DNA of 64,000 bases from IMGVR_UViG_3300044712_000810:248001-312000, one strand, 5' to 3'. Counted from the stretch's first letter, positions 1 through 9,988 are shown. A program made the numbers and translations. Notes: generated by a model from the sequence alone, not told the origin.

Positions 1-31
1 TAATTTTTTATTAAACCTGTCGGAGGACAAA

Positions 32-448
32 ATGGCTGAAATGATTTTTGACCCTGTTCTTGGTAAAGAAGCTGAATGCATTAAGAAAGGCACCAACTCC
101 AAGGGCGATCAAGTTTGGATGAACAAAGAAACCAAAAAGCGTTTTTCCCAAACCCAGTCAGACGATGCAAAGAAGGCCGCAAAGCCTGGTAAGGCAAAGC
201 CCAAAACCCAAACTCGTCCTACTACCGCCGCTGCTACTACTCCTGCAGCAAAGAAAGTTGTAAAGAGTCTTATTTACGTCAACAACCAATGTGTCAAAAC
301 CATCGACGGCAAAGAAGTTAGTAAAGAACAAGCATTTGAACTTATCAAAGAAAACTTCCGCGAAGTCGCACTTCAGAATGCTGAAGTTACAATGAAGAAT
401 GGTGAAACCAAGATTTATTTCACCATCATGACCGGAAACAAAGGTTAA
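32..448 (+). CDS. Prokaryotic ubiquitin-like protein (Prok_Ub / PRTRC protein C-like) with N-terminal extension
   Basis: The C-terminal ~60 aa ends YFTIMTGNKG, resembling the PRTRC-C ending (YTF...GTKG). A K/A/T/P-rich linker precedes it, and E2, JAB and E1 genes follow. Confidence 0.7.
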   Translation: MAEMIFDPVLGKEAECIKKGTNSKGDQVWMNKETKKRFSQTQSDDAKKAAKPGKAKPKTQTRPTTAAATTPAAKKVVKSLIYVNNQCVKTIDGKEVSKEQAFELIKENFREVALQNAEVTMKNGETKIYFTIMTGNKG

Positions 449-455
449 TCTAATA

Positions 456-482
456 GGGGGAGGGATTCCCTCCCCCACTTTT
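456..482 (+). terminator. Intrinsic terminator-like hairpin after the Ubl gene
   Basis: GGGGGAGGG-att-CCCTCCCCC followed by ACTTTT. Confidence 0.7.
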
Positions 483-493
483 GGAAGGATAAA

Positions 494-1102
494 ATGATAA
501 GATCATACAAAAAAACGTTAACAATTACAGCGGATGAAATTCCAATTGAATGTTATCCTTCATTACAATTTAAATTAGATTCACCACGTGATGGTCATTC
601 AGTTAAAATATATAATGAAACTTGGAGTTATTTAATGTCGATGAAAGTTGCAAAAGAATTTATAGAAAAATATAAAGATTCTATCAAATATGTCAACTTA
701 CAACGACTTATTATTTTTATTAAAAATGAAATTGTTGGTGTACAAACTCAAATTCGACTGTCACCTTATGATTTTAAATATCCTAAAAAAACCATAACAA
801 CAAGTTATGGTAGAGAATATGTTACAGATGATTATTCAAAAAATCCTCATAGAACTCGTGTTTTACCAATAAATGAAGAAATTGAAATATTATGGGATTA
901 CTACCGCGTAACAAATAAAGTTGCAGAGTATGAAGAAATCGATTTTACCTTCAAAAATATATATTACTTCATTAAGTTTTTGAAAAAATATAAACAAGAA
1001 TTATTTGAAGCTATTATAATGGATAAAACACATTATCGTACTCTAGTTATTATGAAAACTCAAGAGGAACAAAATGCCAATAGAATTCTTACCAATATGT
1101 GA
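494..1102 (+). CDS. Hypothetical protein within the Ubl cassette
   Basis: 202-aa ORF with SD GGAAGGA; no motif recognised. Confidence 0.6.
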   Translation: MIRSYKKTLTITADEIPIECYPSLQFKLDSPRDGHSVKIYNETWSYLMSMKVAKEFIEKYKDSIKYVNLQRLIIFIKNEIVGVQTQIRLSPYDFKYPKKTITTSYGREYVTDDYSKNPHRTRVLPINEEIEILWDYYRVTNKVAEYEEIDFTFKNIYYFIKFLKKYKQELFEAIIMDKTHYRTLVIMKTQEEQNANRILTNM

Positions 1103-1427
1103 CGAACCTGTAAAAAATGATCATGATCATAGTTTTTATGGTCCATTAAAAAATCATGCTACTTGTAAAAATATACGAATAAATGATTATGAATTCCTTA
1201 CAAGAAATTCAGAAAATGTTAATATCACTCCTGAAAATGCATTAAAAAAACTTAATACCCATATTGAAAAAATGGAAACTAAGTTTTTGATGTTTTCACA
1301 GTTTGATATTAGTACAGATTATTGGTATCATTCTAGGCACTCTAAACAAAGAATTTATCTTGATCCACGGGACGGTGCATTTTGGAAAGAAAAACTAAAT
1401 TTGAAGTCAACTTTACTCAGTTTATAA
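1074..1427 (+). CDS. Hypothetical protein (possibly the N-terminal part of the next ORF)
   Basis: 117-aa ORF overlapping the E2-like ORF by 46 nt. Confidence 0.5.
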   Translation: MPIEFLPICDEPVKNDHDHSFYGPLKNHATCKNIRINDYEFLTRNSENVNITPENALKKLNTHIEKMETKFLMFSQFDISTDYWYHSRHSKQRIYLDPRDGAFWKEKLNLKSTLLSL

Positions 1428-2335
1428 ACAACGATAACAGTGAATATGAAACTATTTTATATTTTCCAAAAGATAATCCCAACACGATTATCATGGAACG
1501 TCCGGGAAGTAATACTTTTCGAAAAATAGATTCTCATCGTGCTGCGAATTTTATGAGACTTACAGAAATCAAAACCGATTGGATAAATATTCCAGGAAGT
1601 TTAGACTCTGTTTCTAAGTTTAAAATTCAAGGTGATATAATTAAATCGATTGTTCCTATCTTTGAAGATGATTATAAAGTATATAATACTACAATCAATT
1701 TTAGTTATATGTTAGAAACAAGTTCTAGAAATGATGTATATGATCCATTTCCATTGGCAGGATTTCATGATAAGAATTTCTCAATGACATGTTTTAAAGA
1801 TCCAAATGAAATGCGTAAAAATAGAATTAAGATTTCATGCAAACTTCCAGTATTCAAACCTTATGTTCGTTGCTCAAGTCAAAAGAGATCACCAATTATA
1901 ACAGTCGAAGACATGTTAATGAAAATTGGTGATAAATTCTATGGTTTCCCATACGGAAACGTTCATGCAAATGGACATATCTGTTATGGAGATGGAAAAC
2001 AAAGATTTAAAAATATGGACGATTTTAGATTGCATTTCTTTTCAACTCAATTCAATGGTCACTATCCATTTCAAATGAATTGTCACAGATATCATTTTAT
2101 GAAGTATGCAAACGCCGAAGATCTAAGAAGTAAAACTATAAGATATAGAACCACAGATTTTAATGATTATAAATTAGATATGGATTTAATCGAATCTGCT
2201 TTAGATTCAAAATACTTCGATATGTTTTCACTTAATTTGCCTCAAGCACTTTATTACTTGTCAAAAGTTGACCCTGAAAATGTAAACACTAAACTGTTTA
2301 TAGAACGTGATATATCACACTTAGAGAAGGTATAA
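1382..2335 (+). CDS. Prokaryotic E2-like protein (Prok-E2 family D / PRTRC protein B-like)
   Basis: FYGFPYGNVHANGHICYG resembles the P(F/Y)xNV...G.IC(W/Y)G motif; FFSTQFN follows; located next to JAB and E1. True start uncertain. Confidence 0.7.
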   Translation: MERKTKFEVNFTQFINNDNSEYETILYFPKDNPNTIIMERPGSNTFRKIDSHRAANFMRLTEIKTDWINIPGSLDSVSKFKIQGDIIKSIVPIFEDDYKVYNTTINFSYMLETSSRNDVYDPFPLAGFHDKNFSMTCFKDPNEMRKNRIKISCKLPVFKPYVRCSSQKRSPIITVEDMLMKIGDKFYGFPYGNVHANGHICYGDGKQRFKNMDDFRLHFFSTQFNGHYPFQMNCHRYHFMKYANAEDLRSKTIRYRTTDFNDYKLDMDLIESALDSKYFDMFSLNLPQALYYLSKVDPENVNTKLFIERDISHLEKV

Positions 2336-2337
2336 AT

Positions 2338-3240
2338 ATGAACATTAACGACCTCGAAGTATTAAAGAATATCAACAATGGAAGTATAACTAAAGTCATT
2401 TTCTATAATTCTGAAGATGATTTGTCACGCGAAAATCTTGATTCATTCAATATTATATTCGCAGGAAATGGTGTTTATTCGTGTATTAAAAATACTTTCG
2501 GTTGCATATTTGATAAAATTCAAGGATTTAAATATACCAATATGAATCTTCTTGAATTCGAATATGAAACCGTTGTTTATCCAAATGTACCTAAACTGCC
2601 GCTTGGAATGTTTGATGAAATAGTTCAAGCGTTTAAGTATGTAAGTAATAAAACTAAGGATGAATTGATGTTCAATGTCTATTGGGATATTGAAAATGAA
2701 GGATTCATTCTTGATTTGGTGAAACAGGATATTTCACCTGGTCATATTAAATATGAATATTCTCGTGAATTTGAATTGGACGAAAATTATATTCGTTATC
2801 TTCAGATTCATTCTCATAATACAATGACTGCAAATTTCTCCACAACAGATAACAATGATGAAACTGGAAGAATTGCATGTTATTTTGGAGTACTTGGATC
2901 ATTTAAAGATTCAACCACATGTTTAAATGTGGATAATAAATTCAGAGTTTATACTGGATCACGTTTCGTTGAAATGGATATTGCATCTATTATCGAAATG
3001 CCAAATACCGGATATGAACTTGATGAAGATTTAATTAAACAACTCGATGAAGTTATTGAAACGAGTGCAATGGCTAGAGTTGTTAAAACAACTACAAGTC
3101 CATTTTATACCGGAATGCGTACAGCAACTCCGACAGCTAATATTACAAGTGCAAAAACTGAACTTACAGATCATGAAGAAGAATTTATGAAATATCTTGA
3201 TGCTTCTGGTCCATTCACTTGGAGTGGAGCTAGTGTGTAA
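2338..3240 (+). CDS. Prokaryotic JAB metallopeptidase (PRTRC protein A-like)
   Basis: IHSHNTMTANFSTTDNNDE = HSHxxMxAxFSxTDxxDE JAB motif; upstream ELMFNVYWD. Confidence 0.8.
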   Translation: MNINDLEVLKNINNGSITKVIFYNSEDDLSRENLDSFNIIFAGNGVYSCIKNTFGCIFDKIQGFKYTNMNLLEFEYETVVYPNVPKLPLGMFDEIVQAFKYVSNKTKDELMFNVYWDIENEGFILDLVKQDISPGHIKYEYSREFELDENYIRYLQIHSHNTMTANFSTTDNNDETGRIACYFGVLGSFKDSTTCLNVDNKFRVYTGSRFVEMDIASIIEMPNTGYELDEDLIKQLDEVIETSAMARVVKTTTSPFYTGMRTATPTANITSAKTELTDHEEEFMKYLDASGPFTWSGASV

Positions 3241-4004
3241 TGATATTCGATCAAATTCGTAATTTACACGTATTTCAAATTGGAGTTGGCGGAACTGGCT
3301 CATGGTTAGTTGCGCCAATTGCAAAATTTCTAAATAATCTATCTCAACGTTTTGGTGTAAATACTGAAATGTCATATACAATCGTTGATGATGATACTGT
3401 CGAGGATAGAAATATCTTAAGACAGAATTTTACTCATGACGATATAGGAAGATCTAAATCCGTAGTTCATGTTAGAAAAAACTTTATGGTTTTTAAAAAT
3501 CTATTTCATGTTCCCAACAGACTTAAAACACCTGCACAAGTAAAAAACTTGTTTTATGGAGAGCTTGAAATAGATAAAGACGTAGTAGTACGTCGACAAT
3601 ATGAAAACTCATTAACAATCATATTTGGTTGTGTTGATAATAATGATGCGAGACAATTAATGTATTCATTCTTAAAAAATAGAATGGACACACCTGTTAT
3701 ATATTTTGACTGTGGGAATAACTTACATTCCGGTCAAATTGTAACTAATTGGTTTCGCATACCAGAAGAGTGGAATCTTACTGGTATTAAAAATAAACAA
3801 GTAAACTTTAAAAAAATGTTTCCAAAGAACGCAGAAGATGGTCCAACCCAATCTTGCGCATTCTTCGGTGACCAATCGCAGAGTATTAATATGTTCTCTG
3901 CAACAATGGCGTTTGCTAACTTACAAACGCTTATAATTAATAATCAAATGCCACCAGTGTTGAAAAACTTCAATAGTTCTGGTTATTCTACATTTGAAAT
4001 ATAG
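3240..4004 (+). CDS. ThiF/E1-like adenylating enzyme (PRTRC ThiF-like)
   Basis: IGVGGTGS, DDDTVEDRNILRQNF, GCVDNNDAR, YFDCGN and QSCA motifs. Confidence 0.85.
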   Translation: MIFDQIRNLHVFQIGVGGTGSWLVAPIAKFLNNLSQRFGVNTEMSYTIVDDDTVEDRNILRQNFTHDDIGRSKSVVHVRKNFMVFKNLFHVPNRLKTPAQVKNLFYGELEIDKDVVVRRQYENSLTIIFGCVDNNDARQLMYSFLKNRMDTPVIYFDCGNNLHSGQIVTNWFRIPEEWNLTGIKNKQVNFKKMFPKNAEDGPTQSCAFFGDQSQSINMFSATMAFANLQTLIINNQMPPVLKNFNSSGYSTFEI

Positions 4005-4015
4005 GAGCATTAAAC

Positions 4016-4354
4016 ATGGATACACTATCTGCTTTTGCAATGGGTGCAGCTACTCGTGGAAAAGAAAAAAAAGTATTTGATTGGCATAAAGCCGCGAAAC
4101 TTATAAATGAACATAATGCAATGGATGCTGTTGCTGGTTTATCTTCTGATATGGAATATACAGCAGGCGAAATCTTAAAAGATGGTAAAATTGTAGATCG
4201 TGATGAAACATATACATATTTGGCATCAACATGGGCAACACCTGTGTTGGTACTCGATAATGATGAAATTCCATGTTATGTAATGGAAAGTGAAACTAAT
4301 TGGGATGCTGAAACTTATTGGCCTGAAAGTGCCATAAAAATGCTTGACAGATAA
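4016..4354 (+). CDS. Hypothetical phage protein
   Basis: 112-aa ORF with SD AGGAG, followed by a terminator hairpin. Confidence 0.65.
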   Translation: MDTLSAFAMGAATRGKEKKVFDWHKAAKLINEHNAMDAVAGLSSDMEYTAGEILKDGKIVDRDETYTYLASTWATPVLVLDNDEIPCYVMESETNWDAETYWPESAIKMLDR

Positions 4355-4358
4355 CAAA

Positions 4359-4390
4359 TGGGGCCGAAAGGCCCCAATTTTAATATTTTT
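4359..4390 (+). terminator. Intrinsic terminator closing the Ubl operon
   Basis: TGGGGCC-GAAA-GGCCCCA followed by a T-rich tract. Confidence 0.75.
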
Positions 4391-4396
4391 GTGTTT

Positions 4397-4407
4397 CATA
4401 TAGAAAT
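4397..4407 (+). promoter_or_regulatory. Recurrent promoter-like motif
   Basis: CATATAGAAAT in intergenic DNA after a terminator. Confidence 0.6.
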
Positions 4408-4447
4408 GGTAGGGTATATTTCTTATTAACGTTTTAAGGAGAATATT

Positions 4448-4726
4448 ATGAGTGACGACGGCGAAAAGAAAGAATTTTATGAGTCATCTGAACAAGAAAT
4501 CGAAGCAGTTGCAAATAAGATCGAGGATCTTTCATTAACATTAAAGAATCTTGCCGATAAAGGCGATCTTAATGCAAGATGTTTCCATGACATTCTTATT
4601 ATTGCATATCATTGCATACAACATGATAAACTTCTACAAGCACGTAATACTATTGTTGAATTTTATCAAAAAGAAATCGTTCATTCCGGTCAAGAAACTG
4701 AAGAAATGGACGTAGTCCTTAATTAG
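4448..4726 (+). CDS. Hypothetical protein
   Basis: 92-aa ORF with SD AAGGAG. Confidence 0.6.
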   Translation: MSDDGEKKEFYESSEQEIEAVANKIEDLSLTLKNLADKGDLNARCFHDILIIAYHCIQHDKLLQARNTIVEFYQKEIVHSGQETEEMDVVLN

Positions 4727-4728
4727 TT

Positions 4729-4950
4729 ATGAAATACTATTTTTACACCGGATCAATCCAATCAAAATGCACAACTGATATTTACATTCGTAGTAATGTA
4801 TTATCAACAGAATTGGATTATTTTCCGTTTAACGTTGCATATGATGAATACAGAACTCAAGATGTAAGATTTACTATTATGGATTGGAAATTAATAAGTG
4901 AAGAAGAATTTAAAGCATATATAAATCGTCATAACCCGGTTGAATACTAA
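4729..4950 (+). CDS. Hypothetical protein
   Basis: 73-aa ORF, closely packed with neighbours. Confidence 0.5.
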   Translation: MKYYFYTGSIQSKCTTDIYIRSNVLSTELDYFPFNVAYDEYRTQDVRFTIMDWKLISEEEFKAYINRHNPVEY

Positions 4951-4951
4951 T

Positions 4952-5419
4952 ATGTCTGAAAAACAAGAAACACACACTGAACAATTAATTATTACATATG
5001 AAGATTTTAGTAAATATATGGATGAAGCGGTGAAACACTTTAAAGAGAAACCATTTGCTAATTATCATCCAATAACACATATTTATGGACCTCCTAGAGG
5101 AGCATGGCCAATCGTAGCACATCTTGCAAACCATTTAAATTTAAAAGTTATAACTGACTTACATGCATTTATACGCCAAGTCGATCACGATTGTGAAAAT
5201 TATCAACATGGTATACTTATCGTTGATGATGTTGCAGATTCTGGTAGAACTTTAGCGGATATTACTCGATTTATGATTGATTATGAATTTTATAACTATA
5301 CTATTTATACTATTTGTAAAAAACCACAAACAGTAGTATGGCCAAGTTATTATAATAAAGAAGTAAGTAATTACACATGGATTTACTTTCCATGGGAGGA
5401 ATTACCAAATGATAGTTAG
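4952..5419 (+). CDS. Type I phosphoribosyltransferase (xanthine/guanine PRT-like)
   Basis: IYGPPRGA, PRPP-binding loop ILIVDDVADSGRTL, and WIYFPWE. Confidence 0.85.
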   Translation: MSEKQETHTEQLIITYEDFSKYMDEAVKHFKEKPFANYHPITHIYGPPRGAWPIVAHLANHLNLKVITDLHAFIRQVDHDCENYQHGILIVDDVADSGRTLADITRFMIDYEFYNYTIYTICKKPQTVVWPSYYNKEVSNYTWIYFPWEELPNDS

Positions 5420-5588
5420 TGTTGGTGACGACGCAAATGGACCTTCCAGTAAAGACGACTCAAGATTAGATAATCTTTCTTCGTTTTTATGCGGACTAAT
5501 ATTATCATTATTAGCAGTATTAGGATTGGGGTGGATAATTTATGGAATTATTTATGTGTTTCAAGAGATTTTAAAAATATTACATTAA
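5409..5588 (+). CDS. Small membrane protein (not in ORF track)
   Basis: 59-aa ORF MIVSVGDD...LCGLILSLLAVLGLGWIIYGIIYVF; fills the gap before the next gene. Confidence 0.45.
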   Translation: MIVSVGDDANGPSSKDDSRLDNLSSFLCGLILSLLAVLGLGWIIYGIIYVFQEILKILH

Positions 5589-5599
5589 AAGGAGTTTGA

Positions 5600-7561
5600 A
5601 TGATCTCCTCAGTTAACCTTAGCGCAATACCATTTCAATCAAACACTGACAGTACCCGACTTCAAATGGCAGCCAAGCAATTGGCACAGAGTTTATCACA
5701 TAGGAATTGTGAAGTTCCTTATGTAATTGGTAAAGATTATAATTGTCTTTCTGATAACAGTCCAATCGGTTTATTATTTGCCGAAGATTCGGGCACTGTT
5801 TATTATAATAGAGATGATGTACTCATTTATCATTATGAAACTTTAAATAAATTGGAAGTAAAGTCGATTCCACCAATTAAAAAGACTCATGGAATTTATG
5901 CTAGTAGCTTAAGATCTTCACTTCCAGTAAATATGAAGTTTAATAAAGGTGATATTCTTTATGAATATGACTGTTTTAAAAATGGTATTCCAAGTATTGG
6001 CTATAATGCATTCTCTGCAATGATGCCTTGTTTTGGATTTAACCATGAAGATAGTATTTTAATTTCTGAAAGTTTTGCAGAAAAAACTAGAGCAAATTTT
6101 GTTGATAAAGTTTATGTTCCGATTTATGAATATACTTTATTGCAACAACTATATGATCCTTCAACAAACCATTTTGGATTCTTTCCAAACATTGGTGAAG
6201 AAATCAAAAATAGTTTAATTTGTTGCACACTAACACCTAAAATTACTGATAACATGAAATATGGCGCACATGCCAATATGAAAAACAAAATGATGCTATT
6301 ACTTAAATCTATGAACTTATCTGATTTACTTAGTATTCAAAACTCTTTACCAAACATGAACGTTGAAAAGATCAAAAGTAAACTTGAACATGGTAAAGTA
6401 TCTGGTATTAAAATTCATAAACTTATGGATAACGTAAAGTTATTGGATAAGCGTTTACAAACTGTTCTTGATGGTTTATATAAACTATACACAAACGTTT
6501 TTATTGATGCATATCATGAACTTGAAACAAAGTTCATGCAAGATGTAGCAAAAGATGTATTACGTCGTCACTATGTTTACAAAGATAAAGATAGTGTTCG
6601 AGGTAAATTAGATCTAAAAAACGTTGCATATGTATTGGAAATTGAAGTTACCGATGAGTGTCAATCACATGTTGGTGATAAATTTGCAAATCGTTATGCA
6701 AACAAAGGTGTAGTATCATTGGTATTTCCAGATGATATTGCACCAATTGCAGTACAATCAAATAAACCGGTTGATATTATATTTAACCCCTTTGGTGTAT
6801 TCTCACGTATGAACCTTGGACAATTAGTTGAAGGTATCGTATCTAAAAACGTAATGCATTGTGATAGTTATATCAAAGAAGGAAATAAAAAAGATCTTAA
6901 AGCTTCTATCTGGTGGTTAAATGAATATATCATTAAAAACCTTAATGATATGGAATATTACAATCGTGTAAATTCAGAAGTGATTGCCAGATTGGATGAA
7001 CCAAAGTTTAAAGAACAATTCATTGAAGACGTTAAACAACATAACCTTTTCATTGAAGCGCCAACATTTGGTGAAATTAATGTTCGTAATATTCTTAAAA
7101 ATGGTGTAAATCCAAACGAACAAGTATATATTAAGAAAGAATTTCTTCAATATATGAAAGACAAACTGAAATGTAATATTAATATGCCAATTCAGGATGT
7201 CGTATTGCCAAATATTTATTGTGCGCCGATGTATATTGAAAAATTATATAAATTGGCTAACAAACTTATTACGGCCCGAGATCTTGGTCCAATTAAAAGT
7301 ATTACTGGACAACCAAAACGTGGACGCGCAAATGAAGGTGGATCACGTCTTGGACAGATGGAACTTGAAGGTATTCTTGCACATGGATGTGAAAGAACAC
7401 TTAAAGAGTTCTTGACAGTTAAATCAGATCAACTTGATGCAAAACGTGACTTGATTATGCAGTTAATGAAAACTGGTAATTATCGTATGCGCGATGAATA
7501 TGGTGCATCTGGTAGAACAAAGAAAGTTGTTGACACACTTTTACACTTCCTGCGAGAATAA
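5600..7561 (+). CDS. Phage multi-subunit RNA polymerase, beta-like C-terminal half
   Basis: IPFQSNTDSTRLQMAAKQLAQ, GFNHEDSILISE, VGDKFANRYANKGVVS, NPFGVFSRMNLGQ and GGSRLGQME align with conserved beta regions. Confidence 0.9.
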   Translation: MISSVNLSAIPFQSNTDSTRLQMAAKQLAQSLSHRNCEVPYVIGKDYNCLSDNSPIGLLFAEDSGTVYYNRDDVLIYHYETLNKLEVKSIPPIKKTHGIYASSLRSSLPVNMKFNKGDILYEYDCFKNGIPSIGYNAFSAMMPCFGFNHEDSILISESFAEKTRANFVDKVYVPIYEYTLLQQLYDPSTNHFGFFPNIGEEIKNSLICCTLTPKITDNMKYGAHANMKNKMMLLLKSMNLSDLLSIQNSLPNMNVEKIKSKLEHGKVSGIKIHKLMDNVKLLDKRLQTVLDGLYKLYTNVFIDAYHELETKFMQDVAKDVLRRHYVYKDKDSVRGKLDLKNVAYVLEIEVTDECQSHVGDKFANRYANKGVVSLVFPDDIAPIAVQSNKPVDIIFNPFGVFSRMNLGQLVEGIVSKNVMHCDSYIKEGNKKDLKASIWWLNEYIIKNLNDMEYYNRVNSEVIARLDEPKFKEQFIEDVKQHNLFIEAPTFGEINVRNILKNGVNPNEQVYIKKEFLQYMKDKLKCNINMPIQDVVLPNIYCAPMYIEKLYKLANKLITARDLGPIKSITGQPKRGRANEGGSRLGQMELEGILAHGCERTLKEFLTVKSDQLDAKRDLIMQLMKTGNYRMRDEYGASGRTKKVVDTLLHFLRE

Positions 7562-7562
7562 T

Positions 7563-7784
7563 ATGGCTAGACCTATAATTGCAATGGGAAATCCTAGTAT
7601 GAATATGCATGGATTTAATATAACTGGTAAAAAAGAAGAGTCAGTAGCAAGTTTATTAAATGGTATTGATTTCGATAAATTATTCTCACTTCTTACTACA
7701 GATACTAAACTTAAAATTCTTGAATTACTAGAAGATGATAAATTTGTATTAAAGCTTAAAAAGTCATGTATTGAGGATATCTGA
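7563..7784 (+). CDS. Small protein with K(-7) C-terminal motif
   Basis: Ends KLKKSCIEDI; similar tail to the next gene. Confidence 0.6.
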   Translation: MARPIIAMGNPSMNMHGFNITGKKEESVASLLNGIDFDKLFSLLTTDTKLKILELLEDDKFVLKLKKSCIEDI

Positions 7785-8017
7785 TGAGTACTTTACATAT
7801 TGCAGATACAACAATGTGGATAACTAGAAATCAAGAATATGATAGTGCGACTATAGCTGTTAATTATTTACAAGTTATTGTTAAAGCATTAAATGATCCG
7901 GATTTAATAAAATATATAAATGAAAACTTGAATGAACAAGGTCGAAGAAATTTACTATCATTATTAAGTGATGATGCTAAATTTGAGTTAATAAAAACTG
8001 TAATAGAGGAGATTTAA
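7784..8017 (+). CDS. Small protein with K(-7) C-terminal motif
   Basis: Ends LIKTVIEEI; stop/start overlaps on both sides. Confidence 0.6.
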   Translation: MSTLHIADTTMWITRNQEYDSATIAVNYLQVIVKALNDPDLIKYINENLNEQGRRNLLSLLSDDAKFELIKTVIEEI

Positions 8018-9225
8018 TGAATCTACTCAAAAAACATACAACAATTGTTAATGAACCTGGAAAGATTATTCTAAATGATTTTAGACAGGAACAATTTAAT
8101 ATGTTAGGATACTTTCTTGATCTTTCAATGAAATATGTATCCAAACAAAATAAAAATTATCTCGATGGATATAAGATTACAATTAAAGATAAATTCTCAT
8201 ATTGTGGTTTATATAATAACGAGATTAAAGAAGTATGTATTGAAATCAATGTTGATCATATTGATAAAGATACAGGTGAAGTAAAAACTGAAGTTAAGAA
8301 ACTTTTAGATTTTTATGTTCCCAATCTTGTAGATAAACAATTTTACATATTAAATGGAACGATCTATGTTCCAACAATGTATATATTAGATAAACCAATC
8401 AGTATCAAAAAGAGCAGTTTTAAATTATATGGATTATTCAATAGTCTCACTGCATTTCTTGAAAAGAATATGGTAATCTTTACTGGTATTAACATGCCGT
8501 TTGATTACTTTTATCAACTATTTCTAAACAGTGAAGAAGATATTGAATTGTATAAGAAAATTGCTAAAGATCATAGTTTAGTTGAAAAAATACATACTAC
8601 TGATAACATTGAAAAATATTTTGATGGTATTATTAAGAAAAGTACTATTGCAGAAGCGCAAGCACATTTTGACAATCTTCTTATCGATGATTACACAAAA
8701 GAATTATATTGTGCATGTTACAATATGAAACCTGAAGATGTCACTACAAAAAACTTATTTAAAATGGCAATAGATATGTTTGTCACTGGTAAAGTTCCAG
8801 CATATATTAACTTAAATGCCAAGCGAATCATGTTCATGGAACTTATGTTAGCACCTGTATTTAAAGTAATGGCAAGAGTAGCACAACAAGCATCTATTGG
8901 ATATAAAGTCGATGAAATGAAACTCGACAAGTTTGCACTTATTAAATACTTTTTGAAAAACAAAGAAAAGAAAAGCAAAAGTCCAGAGTCTATTGGACTC
9001 AGTGGAAACTACATATATAATATTGCAAACTTGATGTCTAGTGTTATGGTACACAAAGTTTGTTTCAAAAACCCTGGAAGTGACAATCCACCAAGCACAA
9101 TATCTAATCTACATAAAAGTCATTTCCGTCGAATTTGTCCTGTTACAGTATCTAACGAAAATCCAGGCGAAACACTTAGCATCTTACCAGATATAAAACT
9201 CGATAAATTCGGTCAATTTTTATAA
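8017..9225 (+). CDS. Phage RNA polymerase, beta-like N-terminal half
   Basis: C-terminal LHKSHFRRICPVTVSNENPGETLS resembles beta H.THYGRVCPIETPEG; YVPNLVDKQFYILNG resembles the beta N-terminal IP...G.FIING. Confidence 0.7.
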   Translation: MNLLKKHTTIVNEPGKIILNDFRQEQFNMLGYFLDLSMKYVSKQNKNYLDGYKITIKDKFSYCGLYNNEIKEVCIEINVDHIDKDTGEVKTEVKKLLDFYVPNLVDKQFYILNGTIYVPTMYILDKPISIKKSSFKLYGLFNSLTAFLEKNMVIFTGINMPFDYFYQLFLNSEEDIELYKKIAKDHSLVEKIHTTDNIEKYFDGIIKKSTIAEAQAHFDNLLIDDYTKELYCACYNMKPEDVTTKNLFKMAIDMFVTGKVPAYINLNAKRIMFMELMLAPVFKVMARVAQQASIGYKVDEMKLDKFALIKYFLKNKEKKSKSPESIGLSGNYIYNIANLMSSVMVHKVCFKNPGSDNPPSTISNLHKSHFRRICPVTVSNENPGETLSILPDIKLDKFGQFL

Positions 9226-9278
9226 TCCAATCAAATTATCACGGAGGGGAGTAAAATCCCCTCCAATTGGAGATTCTT

Positions 9279-9692
9279 ATGAATTTAAAAGGTATTACAA
9301 ATGCATTAAATACCGTATTTTCAGTATCTTCAGGTGCAACATCCGGTACTGCAAATATTTCATTTTCACAACCTGTTGCAACTACTACTGCAACAACATA
9401 TTCAACAACTAGTAATGGAGCTGGACAATGGGTAACATATCCATATGGACATCCATATAATCCTGCACCACAACAACCAGCACCTGTATCAGCACCATAT
9501 CAACAAGTATACCCGACATATCCACAGTACATCCAAGTAGAACAATCAGCAGAACAGTTATTACTTTCACTTGACACTGAAAAAGTTAAAGAGAAATTAA
9601 AAGATATGTCAACTGTAAAACTTTTAGCATTTATTGAAATTCTTAACGAACTAAAAGAAGAAGCAACAAAAATGGCGGTAACAAATCTATGA
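9279..9692 (+). CDS. Protein with T/S/P/Q/Y low-complexity N-terminus and K(-7) C-terminal motif
   Basis: Ends EEATKMAVTNL. Confidence 0.6.
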   Translation: MNLKGITNALNTVFSVSSGATSGTANISFSQPVATTTATTYSTTSNGAGQWVTYPYGHPYNPAPQQPAPVSAPYQQVYPTYPQYIQVEQSAEQLLLSLDTEKVKEKLKDMSTVKLLAFIEILNELKEEATKMAVTNL

Positions 9693-9988
9693 ATCAACTT
9701 GATACACTTGTTGTTGATAGTTTACATGTAACTCAACAATTTTCAGCATCTTCATATCTAACGTCCTTCAATGGAAGTGAAATACAAATATCTAATAACT
9801 TAATGGTTGGACAAAATATTAAATGTAAAACACTTGAATGTGAAGATATAAAAATGTCTAGTACTAAGATTGTTTCATTTATGGAAGATATATTAAAACA
9901 AACACCAGTTGAACAAATCACTGCATATATTTTACATTTGGAAGAACTTAAAACGATGGCACAAAAGGTAGCTTTGGAGAAACTATGA
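9689..9988 (+). CDS. Small protein with K(-7) motif; C-terminal module similar to the previous gene
   Basis: Ends LEELKTMAQKVALEKL. Confidence 0.6.
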   Translation: MNQLDTLVVDSLHVTQQFSASSYLTSFNGSEIQISNNLMVGQNIKCKTLECEDIKMSSTKIVSFMEDILKQTPVEQITAYILHLEELKTMAQKVALEKL

